Assembly: GCA_964016885.1 (NCBI GenBank)
Contig: OZ024740.1
Coordinates: 49,414,001 to 49,478,000, forward strand
DNA from: Eledone cirrhosa
Lineage: Eukaryota
DNA length: 64,000 nt
Direction of reading: 5' to 3'
Both the position numbers and the translations under genes were made by a program. The notes beneath the pieces are model-generated. The model was given only the letters and a program-made list of their open reading frames with translations. It did no database searches and was not told the origin of the DNA. Of this stretch, positions 25,191 through 40,109 are shown one piece after another; the first letter of the stretch is position 1, and every line of letters begins with the position of its first letter.

Positions 25191-25534
25191 TATTTCTCTA
25201 CTGCATGTCTATTTCTAGTTAGTTGTTTAATACTCCATACAAACATAGATACGATTTCAATGTTTCATGTGTACCTCTTTAAATGAATTTCTTTTAGTTA
25301 TTCATGCACTTATATGTCTATACAGGAAGGAAAAAATTGCCACTTCTGTCATGCAAGGAACGGAGTAATATTCGGTTATTATAGGTGGAAATGATAGCGT
25401 TAGAATGAATGTCGAAGCCTATTCATTGTGTATATCTATGCTATCAACGATGCAACGAGGAAAGTATTTAGTCAATTAATAATACTTATGAACTGAGGAG
25501 GAGAAAGGATTGACATAATGACTATTATAAATTT

Positions 25535-27109
25535 GTTCAATAGCTAGGATCTGCTCAATAGTGCATCTTCCAGGTTGATACGCAGCTTGTGTTTCAGTAA
25601 ATGAGGGGTAAAGATCTGACATCACTCGTGCTGCAATGGTACACATGCAAAGCTTGTAAACATGACTCAATAGGCTGATAAGACGATAGTTCCCACAATC
25701 AAGTCTGCTACCTTTTTTGTAGAGTACAACTATCAATGCTTTCTTGAACATGTCTGGGCTTATTCTTGTAGTGATAATACAGTTAAAAAGATGTTTAAGT
25801 GCTTTTATAATTGGTTCGCCTCCAATTTTGATGAATTCTGAGTATATGTTGTCCAGTCCAAGGCTTTTTCCTAGCTTCAAATTTTTGATGGCATGAGATA
25901 TCTCGCTAGCTAAGGTAAATGGAATGGCACCTGATGTCGAATCATGTTTGGTTGTTGGTTCTGAGTTGCTGAAGTACAGTTCTTCATAGAATTTAGCCAT
26001 AGCTATTGAAAAAATTATTGAGAAATCAATAGAATTCAACAACCCTGTCCATATCACCTTCATTGACTTCACAAAAGCCTTTGACAACGTGAAACTACCC
26101 AGCTTGTGGCAATTCTTAAACAAAAACTCAATTAACAAGAAATACATGAATTTACTGAAAGAAACTTACACCAACTCAACAACATGTATCAAAACAGATT
26201 TGGGAACTACACGGTGTATAGACATCTTGAGGGGAGTTAAGCAGAGGGGTGTACTGTCAGCACTTCCTTTCTGTATAGTTATAGCTATCAAATAGGAGGT
26301 AAAATCCTATCAAATCTTCGCTATGCAGACGATCTGGCCCTCATGAGTTACTCTAAAACTGATCTGCAAAACCTTCTGAATGTACTGGCCAAACATTCCC
26401 TAGAGGCTGGCTTACACATCAACATCTCCAAAACAAAGTGCATGACAACTGATAAAAACAATGTGAATCTCTAACTCACAATCTACAACCAGCAAATTGC
26501 TCAAGTTATGGAGTTTGTATATCTCGGTCACAAACTATCACCAAACAACAATGGAATGGTTGCTGCACAGTATCGCATCGCTCTAGGTTGGGCAGCTTTC
26601 AACAAGAACAAGGAAGTACTAACATCAAAACCAGTTTCCTATCATTTGAAGGCTAAGATCTTTGATACTTACATCCTACCAGTTGTGTTATATGGTCTTG
26701 ACTGTGTTAATTGGACGACAAGGTCACTTCAGAAGCTCTCTACATTCCAGAATCACATCATGAGACTTATGACAAGCAAGCGGCTCAGCAACCGTATCTG
26801 TATCAGTGAGCTGCTCAATATCACCAGGCTTAGACCAATCACATCTGTTGTCAGGTCAAGAGTGCTTAAACTGTCTGGTCATAATAAAAGATCAACTCGT
26901 GGTGTGAGTAGGTTATGCCTAGAAGGAAAGTTGGTTGGTAAGAGAAGCAGAGGTTGGCAGCCAAAACGATGGCTTGATAATGTCAACTTATGGACTGTAC
27001 TTGACCTTTGCTCTTTAAACTCTGGTGTTGGTGACCGAACTTTGTGGAGAAAAATATCTCATGCTTATGCGCAGTTAACAACTGGCGTCTGGAGTTTAGC
27101 GTCTGGATA
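25535..27109 (+). mobile_element. RTE-like LINE with 5' inversion (25535-~25997 on minus, remainder on plus)
   Basis: Minus: GKSLGLDNI, CGNYRLISLLS, QAAYQPGR; plus: FIDFTKAFD, RGVKQ, RYADD, FVYLG, VVLYG; candidate TSD TATTATAAATTT at 25523-25534 and 27110-27121. Confidence 0.88.
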
Positions 27110-27743
27110 TATTATAAATTTAATAGGATCTAGAAAAGTATGGGTAACATCCCCGGAAATGATTTAATCTTATCATACCCTCTCAACCAAGTAAAAAATG
27201 TTCATATAAACCATATTTGCAATAAAGATATTGATCTACCGTAATGTAAACAAGTAGGATATATATATATAAACGTTTGTATATGTATAATAAAGCCAAA
27301 ACAATGCAGGTATGGACATAGAATAAAGAATGCAAATGCAAAAGATATTGTTGACAATTAGTCTTTTACCTTAGATTTATTTAAATGTCCTTAATTTTCG
27401 AGATAATATCTCTTCTTCGGAGAGAAGTAAAGCGGTTAAACCAGTGTTCTAAATAGCTTGCCAAGTCATGCTGACAGGAAATGGTATAGAGTATCTGTTC
27501 TATCTCTAATGTCAAAGAGTTAGGTTAGGTGGATAAAGAGTAGTCTCCTTTTAAAAGGTTTTTTTTTGTACATGTCTGTTTAAGTGTGTGGGAGAATGCA
27601 TGAAGGTGTAAGTATGTGAGTGTGTGTGTGTAAGTGTGAGAAGATATATCTATACGTAAATGTGGGCGCTAGGTGTTATCTCGTGTTAGAACTGGTCTTT
27701 GTGTGTGTATGTGTATGTGTGAGAGAGAATAAGTGGAGGTGTA

Positions 27744-27787
<44 letters not shown>

Positions 27788-27792
27788 CGTGC

Positions 27793-27832
<40 letters not shown>

Positions 27833-29303
27833 GTGTGGGGGGGGTTGTAAATATGGGACTAGATGCTCTATCAAGTTATAAATTGGGTGTTGAGTTCTAG
27901 TCTATTATTGATTGGTGGGTGTGTTTTGTCTATAATTACTGCTTCCTTAATTCTAAGATTGCCGAGGTTTCTTTCTTTAGTTTCTATCCTAACTGTTATG
28001 GTTTTGTCGGTGATTTTGCATTTAACTAGGTGTTTCTTAAATGAGGAAGCGTTAGTATTGAGGTGTTCTTTTATTCTTATGTGGAGTGGTATGGTGGTGC
28101 TACCTACGTAGAAGTTGCTGCATTTGTCACACTCTAGTCTGTATACGACGTAAGCCTGGTGGCATAGGTCTGTGTCGTTGATGGGGCAGTTGGCTAGCCT
28201 GCAGCAGTTGTCATGTCTGGTGGAGTGTCTTTTGGTTAGCTGTCCGCGTAGAGAAGGACCTGAGTGGGCCAGTTGGATATCTAGTCCCTCTCGTCTAATA
28301 GCTCTGCAGATGGCTGTTGTTGTTTCGTCACTGAAGTGTGGGAGCTTCAGGAAGCAAGTGTTAGTGCCTCGGGTGTGGTGTCCTCTGTTCTTTCTGGCAC
28401 GGTTTGTGGTGGATGTCGTGTATCCGTTCAGTTTGAGTACTTCCAGGAAATGTGTGGTGTGTGTATCTCGGTCTCTAGCGTCGGTGCATTTGTTATGTAT
28501 CCGAAATTAGCGCCGGCTGGGAGGGCCGATCTGAAATGTACGAAAAGCTGGCGGCTTTTTTTATAGAAGCAGGTGTGGATGTTGCCTTCCTCTGTGACCG
28601 TAAGTTGGAAGTCCAGTAGGGATAGGGATCCGCGGTCATCGGGGAGTTCCATGCTGAACTTTATACTGGCGTCCATGCTGGAGAATGTTGTGTATATTTT
28701 ATCTCCTTCTTCATGGGATGATGTAAGGATGAGTATGTCATCTACATATCGGGTGAAGAAGGTATGGGAATGGCAGGTGTTGAGGGCTCGGCATTCTAGC
28801 TGGTTCATATAGGTGAAGGCCAGCAGGCCTGATAGGCTGGATCACATGGGTAATCCTGTTGTCTGTCTGTATGTGTGGTGGTGGAAGGTGAAGTACGTGT
28901 TGTCTACTGTGAAGGACAAAAGCTGGTGTATGTCCGTCGGATGGAGGCCGTAGCAGTGGATGTCCTCAGTATAAAGTTCAGCATGGAACACCCCGATGAC
29001 CGCGGATCCCTATCCCTACTGGACTTCCAACTCAGGGTAACAGAGGAAGGCAACATCCACACCTGCTTCTATAAAAAAGCCGCCAGCAGGGACCTGTTCG
29101 TACATTTCAGATCGGGCCTTCCCAGCCGGCGCTAATTTCGGATACATAAGGAACGAACTAACACGTATCCGGAACAAATGTACCGACGCTAGAGACCGAG
29201 ACACACACACCGCCCATTTCCTGGAAGTACTCAAACTGAACGGATACACGACATCCACCACAACCGTGCCAGAAAGAACAGAGGACACTATACCCGAGGC
29301 TTC

Positions 29304-29783
29304 ATGAAGCTCCCACACTTCAGTGACGAAACAACAACAGCCATCCGCAGAGCTATCAGACGAGAGGGACTAGATATCCAACTGGCCCACTCAGGTCCTT
29401 CTCTACGCAGACAGCTAACCAAAAGACACTCCACCAGACATGACAACTGCTGCAGGCTAGCCAACTGCCCCATCAACGACACAGACCTATGCCACCAGGC
29501 TTACGTCGTATACAGACTAGAGTGTGACAAATGCAGCAACTTCTACGTAGGTAGCACCACCAGACCACTCCACATAAGAATAAAAGAACACATCAATACT
29601 AACGTTTCCTCATTTAAGAAACACCTAGTTAAATGCAAAAACATCGACAAAACCATAACAGTTAGGATAGAAACTAAGGAGAGAAACCTCAGCAATCTTA
29701 GAATTAAGGAAGCAGTAATTATAGACAAAACACAACCACCAATCAATAATAGACTAGAACTCAACACCCAATTTATAACTTGA
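29304..29783 (+). pseudogene. GIY-YIG endonuclease region of family 2
   Basis: VVYRLECDKCSNFYVGSTTRPLHIRIKEH..IKEA..PPINNRLE. Confidence 0.88.
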
Positions 29784-30179
29784 TAGAGCATCTAGCCCCA
29801 TATTTACACCTCCCACACACGCATACACACACGCACGCACACACACACACACGCTTACACCTCCACTTATTCTCTCTCACACACACACATACACACACAA
29901 AGACCAGTTCTAACACGAGATAACACCTATCGCCCACATTTACGTATAGACATATCTTCACACACTCACACACACACACTCACATACTTACACCTTCATG
30001 CATTCTCCCACACACTTAAACAGACATGTACAAAAAAAGAAAACCCTTTTAAAGGGAGACTACTCTTTATCCACCTAACCTAACTCTTTGACATTAGAGA
30101 TAAAACAGATACTCTATACCATTTCCTGTCAGCATGACTTGGCAAGCTATTTAGAACACTGGTTTAACCGCTTTACTTC

Positions 30180-30214
30180 CCTCCGAAGAAGAGATATTAT
30201 CTCGAAAATTAAGG
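30180..30214 (+). ncRNA. Minimal hammerhead-like motif (U4C) in the family-2 pseudo-LTR
   Basis: CCT CCGAAGA A GAGAT-att-ATCTC GAAA AT TA AGG; inverted copy at 27389-27423. Confidence 0.55.
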
Positions 30215-30347
30215 ACATTTAAATAAATCTAAGGTAAAAGACTAATTGTCAACAATATCTTTTGCATTTGCATTCTTTATTCTATATCCATACCTGCATT
30301 GTTTTGGCTTTATTATACATATACAAACGTTTATACCTCATTACACA

Positions 30348-32356
30348 ATGCTTCAAGTGAACTATAACTTCCTCCTTTCCTTACCCCTGAGCCAGGCCCA
30401 GTTCACAACTGTAAAGAAACTCTTCCAGCTATCTGAAAAGCGCACCAAAGCCGGCTGCCAAATTAACTTCCTAAAACGATGCCTGAATAACAACAACATC
30501 ATCCCCAAACCTATCAAAAACTTGCACCTACCAACATGCTTCAAATCACCAGGCCTCAAACGATCACTTAGTTACATATAAAAATTTTGCATAAGAAACT
30601 CATACAACACCTACACCGCACGCTACAACACATACGGGCTATTTCCAGCCTTGTACCACAACTCGCTGAAAACCCAGAACCTCTGTCCAGAGTTATCTCC
30701 GCCGCTATAGACAGGTCATACCACCATCGCCGAGACTACGAGAAAATACGGCCTAACGCAAAAATTTCTCAAACTCAGCACGGCTAACCGTCTTAACAAC
30801 ATCCCAACTCTAAGCACCAACAGAGGCGATCAAGACGGCACCAACTCCGAACCTAGCGGCGCCCCGACCAACAACACACCTGACGCAAAACACCTCGTCA
30901 CAGACTTGACAGGATCCCTCTCCCGAGAGGAATTAGACCTCCTCAGCCTGGGTCCCAAGTTCATATTGAAACAGAGACTGAACGACAAATTATGGCTCGA
31001 CATAGAAACGAATTTCTGTCGGGCTGCCTACCAACTAAAATGGATATCGACTCTCGGCAACAACACCACGGAATCTAACAAACCCAGATTCCCGATATAC
31101 CAACTGGATCGCCCACTCTGTCTACTGCCTGCCAACCGCGAGCTTGAAGAAAAACTCTCGAGGCTAAAACATTCCGTATTTAACATCTTACGGAAACAGA
31201 AGATAGCCCCAAACCTCTCCAGGACACAACAACTCGCCCTGAAGAACCTACGGAATAGGGAACTTATATACTTACCATCCGACAAAGGTAAAGAGTTTTG
31301 CGTCATCTCTCAAGCCATATACAACAACCTAGCCTTTGAACACCTAAGCGACAATGAATTATATACAGAGATCCCGGACATGACTGCAGCCCAGATCGAA
31401 AAACAGACCAACTCCATCTGGTTCGATATCTGTAGGAGAACACAACTCCCAAATAAAGTTAAGCTCAACTACACCACTAGAAATAGCAGACTGCCCACTT
31501 TCTACCACCTCATCAAGACCCACAACAATAGTACTAAGGCGCAAATAAGACCCATCGTCTCTAGCATAGAAGGACCCCTATACAAAATTTCCTGGCTCCT
31601 CTCGCAGGTCCTCAAGCCTCTACTCTCAACCTTTCCCGGGCATGTCAGTAGCTCCGTGGAAGTCATACGTAGACTACACCAACTCCAGCCAGAACAACTT
31701 AAACTAAATAGATACACCTTTAGCCTCGACGTTGTCTCCCTCTACATTACAGTCCCCGCTCATCCAGCTGTCGATTTATTGACGGACTGCGTGGTCGCAG
31801 AGGACATCCACTGCTACGGCCTCCACCCGACGGACATACACCAGCTTTTGTCCTTCACAGTAGGCAACACGTACTTCACCTTCCACTACCACACATACAG
31901 ACAGACAACAGGATTAGCCATGGGATCCAGCCTATGGGGCCTGCTGGCCATCACCTATATGAACCAGCTAGAATGCCGAGCCCTCAACACCTGCCATTCC
32001 CATACCTTCTTCACCCGATATGTGGATGACATACTCATCCTTACATCATCCCGTGAGGAGGCAGATAAAATATACACAACATTCTCCAGCATGGGCGCCA
32101 GTATAAAGTTCAGCATGGAACACCCCGATGACCGCGGATCCCTATCTTTACTGGACTTCCAACTCAGGGTAACAGAGGAAGGCAACATCCACACCTGCTT
32201 CTATAAAAAAGCCGCCAGCAGGGACCTGTTCGTACATTTCAGATCGGGCCTCCCAGCCGGCGCTAAGTTCGGATACATAAGGAACGAACTAACACGTATC
32301 CAGATTAAATGCACCGACGCTAGAGACCGAGACACACACACCGCACATTTCCTGGA
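30348..32356 (+). pseudogene. Penelope-like RT, frameshifted and 3'-truncated
   Basis: LLSLGPKF, PSDKG, RPIVS, SLDVVSLY, QTTGLAMGS, RYVDDI. Confidence 0.92.
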
Positions 32357-32990
32357 GTTAGCTTAAAAATTGATAAAATGGTAGAAGAGACAAGGTGTTA
32401 AAGGAACAAAATAACAAAAAAAGTGTCAAACTTCCCATTGTTCAGTTCTGAGAGCATTCCTCAGTCAGAAGTCTATAGAATTCTTTCTGGGGTGAGGCTC
32501 CCTGTAGTGTTTTTGCCTGCTATTGTTCAGTACATTTGACCTCCACCATTATTTTGGTACTGTTGTTGTTGTAGTGGTCAGCTTATATCTTGCTGCTGCT
32601 AACAATTTAGAAGTATCCAGTTTGTGTTTTTTCTTCATCCCTCCCTTCTACCATTTTATCAATTTTTAAGCTAACTCCAACAATAACAACACTTAGAATG
32701 AGGAATGTTCTAATAACTGACCAATGAGAGGAGAAGGGGACCTGTGACACGAACATTCGTTTGTTTGAATTCATATGACTCCAGTTCCCCAGTGAATTAA
32801 CAACCCAACAAGGAACTGTGCATATCAGAGTATTGACAATATCATACACCTAAATAACATATGTACTTGTCTATACCATACTAATTCAAACTGCCTGAAG
32901 AGGTCACAGCCAAAGATGGCTGTCACTCAAATATATATAGCAGTAATAAACGAAGCTAAATTTTAATCATTTGACTTTTATTTAACTTTA
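32353..32990 (+). mobile_element. Penelope-type terminal fragment with 35-bp inverted repeat and decayed hammerhead (32890-32944)
   Basis: Arms 32353-32387 / 32645-32679; ACTGC CTGAAGA GGTCACAGCC-aaagat-GGCTGTCACT CAAA TATATA TA GCAGT. Confidence 0.6.
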
Positions 32991-33061
32991 TTTTATGTGT
33001 ATATATATGTATATGTGTGTATGTGTCTGTATGTGTTTATGTGTATATATATATATATGTG

Positions 33062-33169
<108 letters not shown>

Positions 33170-33517
33170 CACATATATATATATATACACATAAACACAT
33201 ACAGACACATACACACATATATATATATATATATGTGTAGGTGTGTGTGTATGCCTCTATATATATATGTGTGTGTGTATATGTGTGTGCGTGTATGCAT
33301 GTATGTGTGAACGGATGTATATATACGGACATATGTATATGTGTGTGTATGTGTATATATGTATAATTAGTTATGTATCTTTATGTGTGTATATGTATGT
33401 ATATGTATGTATGTATATATATATATATATATATATACCCATGTGGAGGTATGAGTACATATTCGTGTGTGTACGTATGTGTATATGTGTTTTTATATGT
33501 GTCTTTATATGTTTTTA

Positions 33518-35112
33518 AAAGGGAAAAATACATCATACATCGAAGCACCAAAACCGACAGACTTAAAATAACGCCCCATTATTGCTGGCCCAGCCTCAAG
33601 CACACAACGTCTAAGCAACCTATTAGACATCATACTCAAACCCCTATGTAAAAAAGTTCGAAGCTACATCAGAGATGATATGGAATTCCTTAACTATATC
33701 CCCCAAAAAGTACACCAGGATACAATCCTAGTCAGTTTTGATGTAATAAGCCTGTACACTAACATCCCACACGACCTAGGGATTGAAGCTGTGGACTTCT
33801 GGATTACAAAACACTCAAGTCACATTTCAGAAAGATTCCCCAAAGAATTCATCTTGGAAGGACTTAAATTAGTATTGGAAAACAACCACTTCCTCTTTGA
33901 CAACGAACTTTATCTACAAATAAAAGGAACAGCCATGGGTACCAAAGTGGCCCCTACATATGCAACGCTCGTTATGGATCACTTAGAGGCAAAATTATAT
34001 TCCCAACTACAGATAACATTCAGTCACGACTTCGCTTCTACATTAATAAAAACTGGAAACGTTACCTAGATGACTACTTCATCTTCTGGAACAGAAGACA
34101 AACAGGCCTACAAAAATTTTATTCGATCTTAAACAGGCTTCATGAAGCTATACAATTCACTATGGAATGTAAGGAAAAGGAACTGCCCTTTCTAGATATC
34201 CTCATCATTAAAGAAGGGGAAAATATCATAACGGACCTATTTTGCAAACCCACTGACACACACCAATACTTAAATTTCCGGTCAGCACACCCCTCACATA
34301 CGAAAAGGAACATTCCCTTCAACATGGCAAGGCGCATCTGCACTATAGCAACACACTCCGTACTACAAGAAAAAAGATTATGTGACCTGAAAAAATTCCT
34401 TAAAAAACAAGAATACCCGATGAAACTCATCAACGCAGCCATCTCCAAGGCTAAGAACATCCCAATAACAACACTGAGAAAACCAAACCCACAACATAAA
34501 AAAGAAAACCCTGCTATCTCTTTTGTCATCACTCACAACCCAGGGAACGTCAACATTGTGAAAACTGCTAAGCAGTATCTCCCGATTCAACAGCAATCTA
34601 CCAAAATGAATGCACTCTTAAAAAACACACAGATAATTTATAGCAGACGCCAAGCACCCAACCTTAAAAAACTAATTACCAAGGCAAAATTTACGACCAA
34701 CATGGAATCAATGCAAGTGACGAAATGCGGGGACCCTAGATGTGGAACCTGTGAACTCATCGAAGAGGGAAAACAGTTGTCCTTCAAAAACCATGATAAT
34801 TTCAAGGTCAATGCAAACATGAACTGCAAAACGAAAAACCTAATATATTGCGCAACATGTCCACAGTCTAAAGAGTATTACATTGGGGAAACCGGAACGG
34901 GACTACATGATAGAGTCCGGGTACATAAACAACAAACTAAAGACCCCACAGTCAGAAATACCACATGTAGCGCACACTTTGCATCATGCGGGAAGGGAAA
35001 ATTCACAATTTTCCCTTTCTTCAAGATATGGTCGGATAACGAACATTTCCGCAGATATAAAGAAGAATTCTTCATTGAAAAATTTAAACCACTACTGAAC
35101 ACGGAAAAATGA
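33518..35112 (+). pseudogene. Penelope-like family 3 RT + GIY-YIG (Neptune-like), 5'-truncated
   Basis: VSFDVISLYTNIP, QIKGTAMG, RYLDD, KCGDPRCGTC linker, LIYCATC..YYIGET. Confidence 0.92.
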
Positions 35113-35312
35113 ATTAACACTCGGAGGTAAAATTCCATTTCACTACCCCCCCCCTTCTTATGTATACACATGAATATCTGAGTGAACGGTGAGACACACA
35201 CATATATGTGTGTAGGTATGTATGGATGTATGTACGTGTGGGTATATATGTATGTGGGTGTGTGTATGTGTGTATATATGTGTATATGTATATGTATGTA
35301 TGTGTATATTTG

Positions 35313-35384
<72 letters not shown>

Positions 35385-35846
35385 TATATGTTTATATGTG
35401 TGTATATATGTGTATGTATCTATATATGTGTGTGTGTGTATGTATGTGCATATATGTATATATGTGTGTACATATATGTATGTTTCTGTATGTGTATATG
35501 TATGTAGATGTATATATGTATGTATATATATATATATATGTATATATGTATCTTTATGTGTTTGTGTGTACATATATATATATTTATATGTGTATGTATG
35601 TGTATGTATGTATATATATATGTATATATATATATGTATATATATATGTATATATATATATATATATATGTATGTATATGTATGTGTATGTATGTATGTG
35701 TGTATGTATGTGTTTGTATGTGTATGTGTATGTATATATATATACATATATGTATGTATATATATATAAAAATATATATATATGTGTATATATATGTATA
35801 TGTGTGTATGTGTCTGTATGTGTTTATGTGTATATATATATATGTG

Positions 35847-35915
<69 letters not shown>

Positions 35916-36112
35916 ATGCCTCTCTCTCTCTATATATATATATGTGTGTATATGTGTGTGTGTGTGTATGCATGTATGTGTGAACGGATATATATATACG
36001 GACATATGTATATGTGTGTGTGTGTGTACACGTGTGTGTGTGTGTGTGTGTATGTGTATATATGTATATTTAGTTATGTATCTTTATGTGTGTATATGTA
36101 TGTATATGTATG

Positions 36113-36144
<32 letters not shown>

Positions 36145-36795
36145 CCCATGTGGAGGTATGAGTACATATTCGTGTGTGTACGTATGTGTATATGTGTTTT
36201 TACATGTGTCTTTATATGTTTTTATGTATGTATGTGGATGTATATGTACATGGGTGTGTGATTGATGGTGTGTGCCTATATATTCTTACATATGCCCGTG
36301 TGTGTATGTACGTATATACGCACATATGTGTGTGTTGAACAAAGGACTAATTTTGGGATGGACGTAGACAAATTCTTCAGAAAAAAATAATTGTTTACAA
36401 GCTTGGCAGGTGCGGTTTGCCTATGACCATTCTCGACACAAAGGAATACTAAAAGCTTTTTTCCCCTGAATAAAGGAGTTTTTCGAGAATGACCGGGGCT
36501 GGCCGCACTTGCTACATTTCTCCCCACCCAACCCTACTCATTATCTCAACTCATTACTGCTATTAACATTTTTTCAACACAGCTACACCCCTAGACTCAT
36601 TAAAGGGGGAGAAAAAAAACCCAACCACACCACAAACATGTTAAATCCCCATATATAGAACAACACACCACATACACATCAGTTTGCCAAGCGCACCTCA
36701 GCGTGAAAGATCTTTCTAAAAACGAAACAATACCTCCTACGTTAACCAAGAACTCCTAAGACCTAGTGAAGCCATTTTTTTCTTCCCCCCCTGTC

Positions 36796-36800
<5 letters not shown>
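35113..36800 (+). mobile_element. Probable 3' region of family 3: TA/TG microsatellite block then unique terminus abutting (TA)n
   Basis: Contiguous with ORF end; hammerhead-like remnant at 36681-36717. Confidence 0.5.
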
Positions 36801-36868
<68 letters not shown>

Positions 36869-37020
36869 AATTACTATTAATTGATTTGCCGTGAATAATA
36901 AAATGTTCAACGTTCCGGACATTGTTCTCTTTCGGAGAGAAAGATATATCACGATTGCAAAATACTGATTGATGTAAATATAGATATAAATCAATTATCA
37001 AATATATCCGATATATATAT

Positions 37021-37119
<99 letters not shown>

Positions 37120-37227
37120 TACACATATATGTATGTATGTATATATAGGATAGATTGATAATTGATTTATATATATATATATATGTCTGTGTGTATATAT
37201 ATATATATATGTGTGTGTATATATATT

Positions 37228-37260
<33 letters not shown>

Positions 37261-37275
37261 GTATATATATATGTA

Positions 37276-37612
<337 letters not shown>

Positions 37613-37615
37613 ATG

Positions 37616-37661
<46 letters not shown>

Positions 37662-37707
37662 CTACTGTACGTCTGTATACATATTTGTATGTACGTATAC
37701 ATACTTG

Positions 37708-38937
<1,230 letters not shown>

Positions 38938-38959
38938 GTCTCTCTCTCTCTATATATAT

Positions 38960-39108
38960 ATTTTCTCCGAAAAGAAGTAAGTGACATAGTCACTACTTTA
39001 AAACTGATAGCGTATGGTCTTCTAAATATTTCCAATTAAACATACGGTATATTGCCAAATATGCTATACATACATTCATGTATACATCGCTATTTCAGAG
39101 CACCAATC

Positions 39109-39113
<5 letters not shown>
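38960..39113 (+). mobile_element. Terminal copy of the 707-1149 family
   Basis: Reverse complement of ~707-855; flanked by (TA)n. Confidence 0.8.
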
Positions 39114-39180
<67 letters not shown>

Positions 39181-39328
39181 AGAAAACGAAAAATCAGTGA
39201 TGCATCTGGACTTTATTTCGTGTTACAAATGTTTCGCCGGCATGTAGCTCGAGACATGGTCCTTGAATTAATTTTATTTATTAGAAGTATATATATATAT
39301 ATACTTCTAATAAATAAAATTAATTTAA

Positions 39329-39429
39329 TGTTTCTGAGGGGGACGGCCGATTGAACTGGAACTTTGAAACTAGTAATAGATACATCAATCTCTACCGTTC
39401 AATCAACCCTCTGAAACGATCGTAAAACA
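39329..39429 (+). ncRNA. Hammerhead-like motif with long stem II
   Basis: TGTTT CTGAGGG [GGACGG..GATTGAAC..GTTCAATC..CCCTCT] GAAA CGATCG TA AAACA; A9 reads G. Confidence 0.6.
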
Positions 39430-40109
39430 ATGAAGTAACTCTCTACCTACACCTGCCTTCTGTTTTTATTGTTCAAACACACATATATGTAAATGACTCT
39501 GTAACCCGGATTTATTTTCTTCGAGGATACCTTAAACCGCGACCACCTACCACAAGAACTACTGGTCACACTGCCGATTCTCGCCGCAACTATCCTTCAT
39601 AGGATAGATTGAGTTCTAACAACGTTACCAGCCCCACTACAACCAGGTGGACTCCGATATATATTAATATATTATAATTTGTCTGTTTGAGTGTGCTCAT
39701 TCTCCTCAGCCGCACACCACTGAATCAATATACTTTCCCCTCTTTACCTCTTACCGTAACTTTCTCACTAATACTATCACCCCCCTTTGAAGCCCTATTA
39801 CTTGCCTCTTCTTTCTTTCATTCTTTGTTTTTTCTTTCTCTTACTGTCTCAACAATGCATTTTTATTGGGACAGCGATAATTTAAATAAGCCAAGAGAAT
39901 ATTAAAACCTCCAAACATTGAGCCACCCAACTTGATAGAGGCCATGTCTTCGGTTTGAGGATACCTTCTCCATACCTGTCTCGATAAATTACCATTTCAA
40001 TTGGATTGAAATAGGAAAGCGGCATAACTAAATAGCCTTATGTATTGTACCCGGATCTATGCCAATTCTGCTGCTTCACAGACTCAATAACAACTAATTT
40101 AGACTCAAT

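Larger units (their letters stand above)
27268..32356 (+). mobile_element. Penelope-like element family 2, inverted plus tandem structure
   Basis: Minus copy 27268-28967, plus 3' copy 28968-30335, then ORF copy to 32356; arms 27268-28667 / 28968-30335 form a ~1.4-kb inverted repeat; left end in (TA)n. Confidence 0.92.

Noticed and set aside
30231-30345. Possible pseudo-LTR intron (AG|GTAAAA donor)
   Set aside because: No AG acceptor between the pyrimidine tract and the start codon
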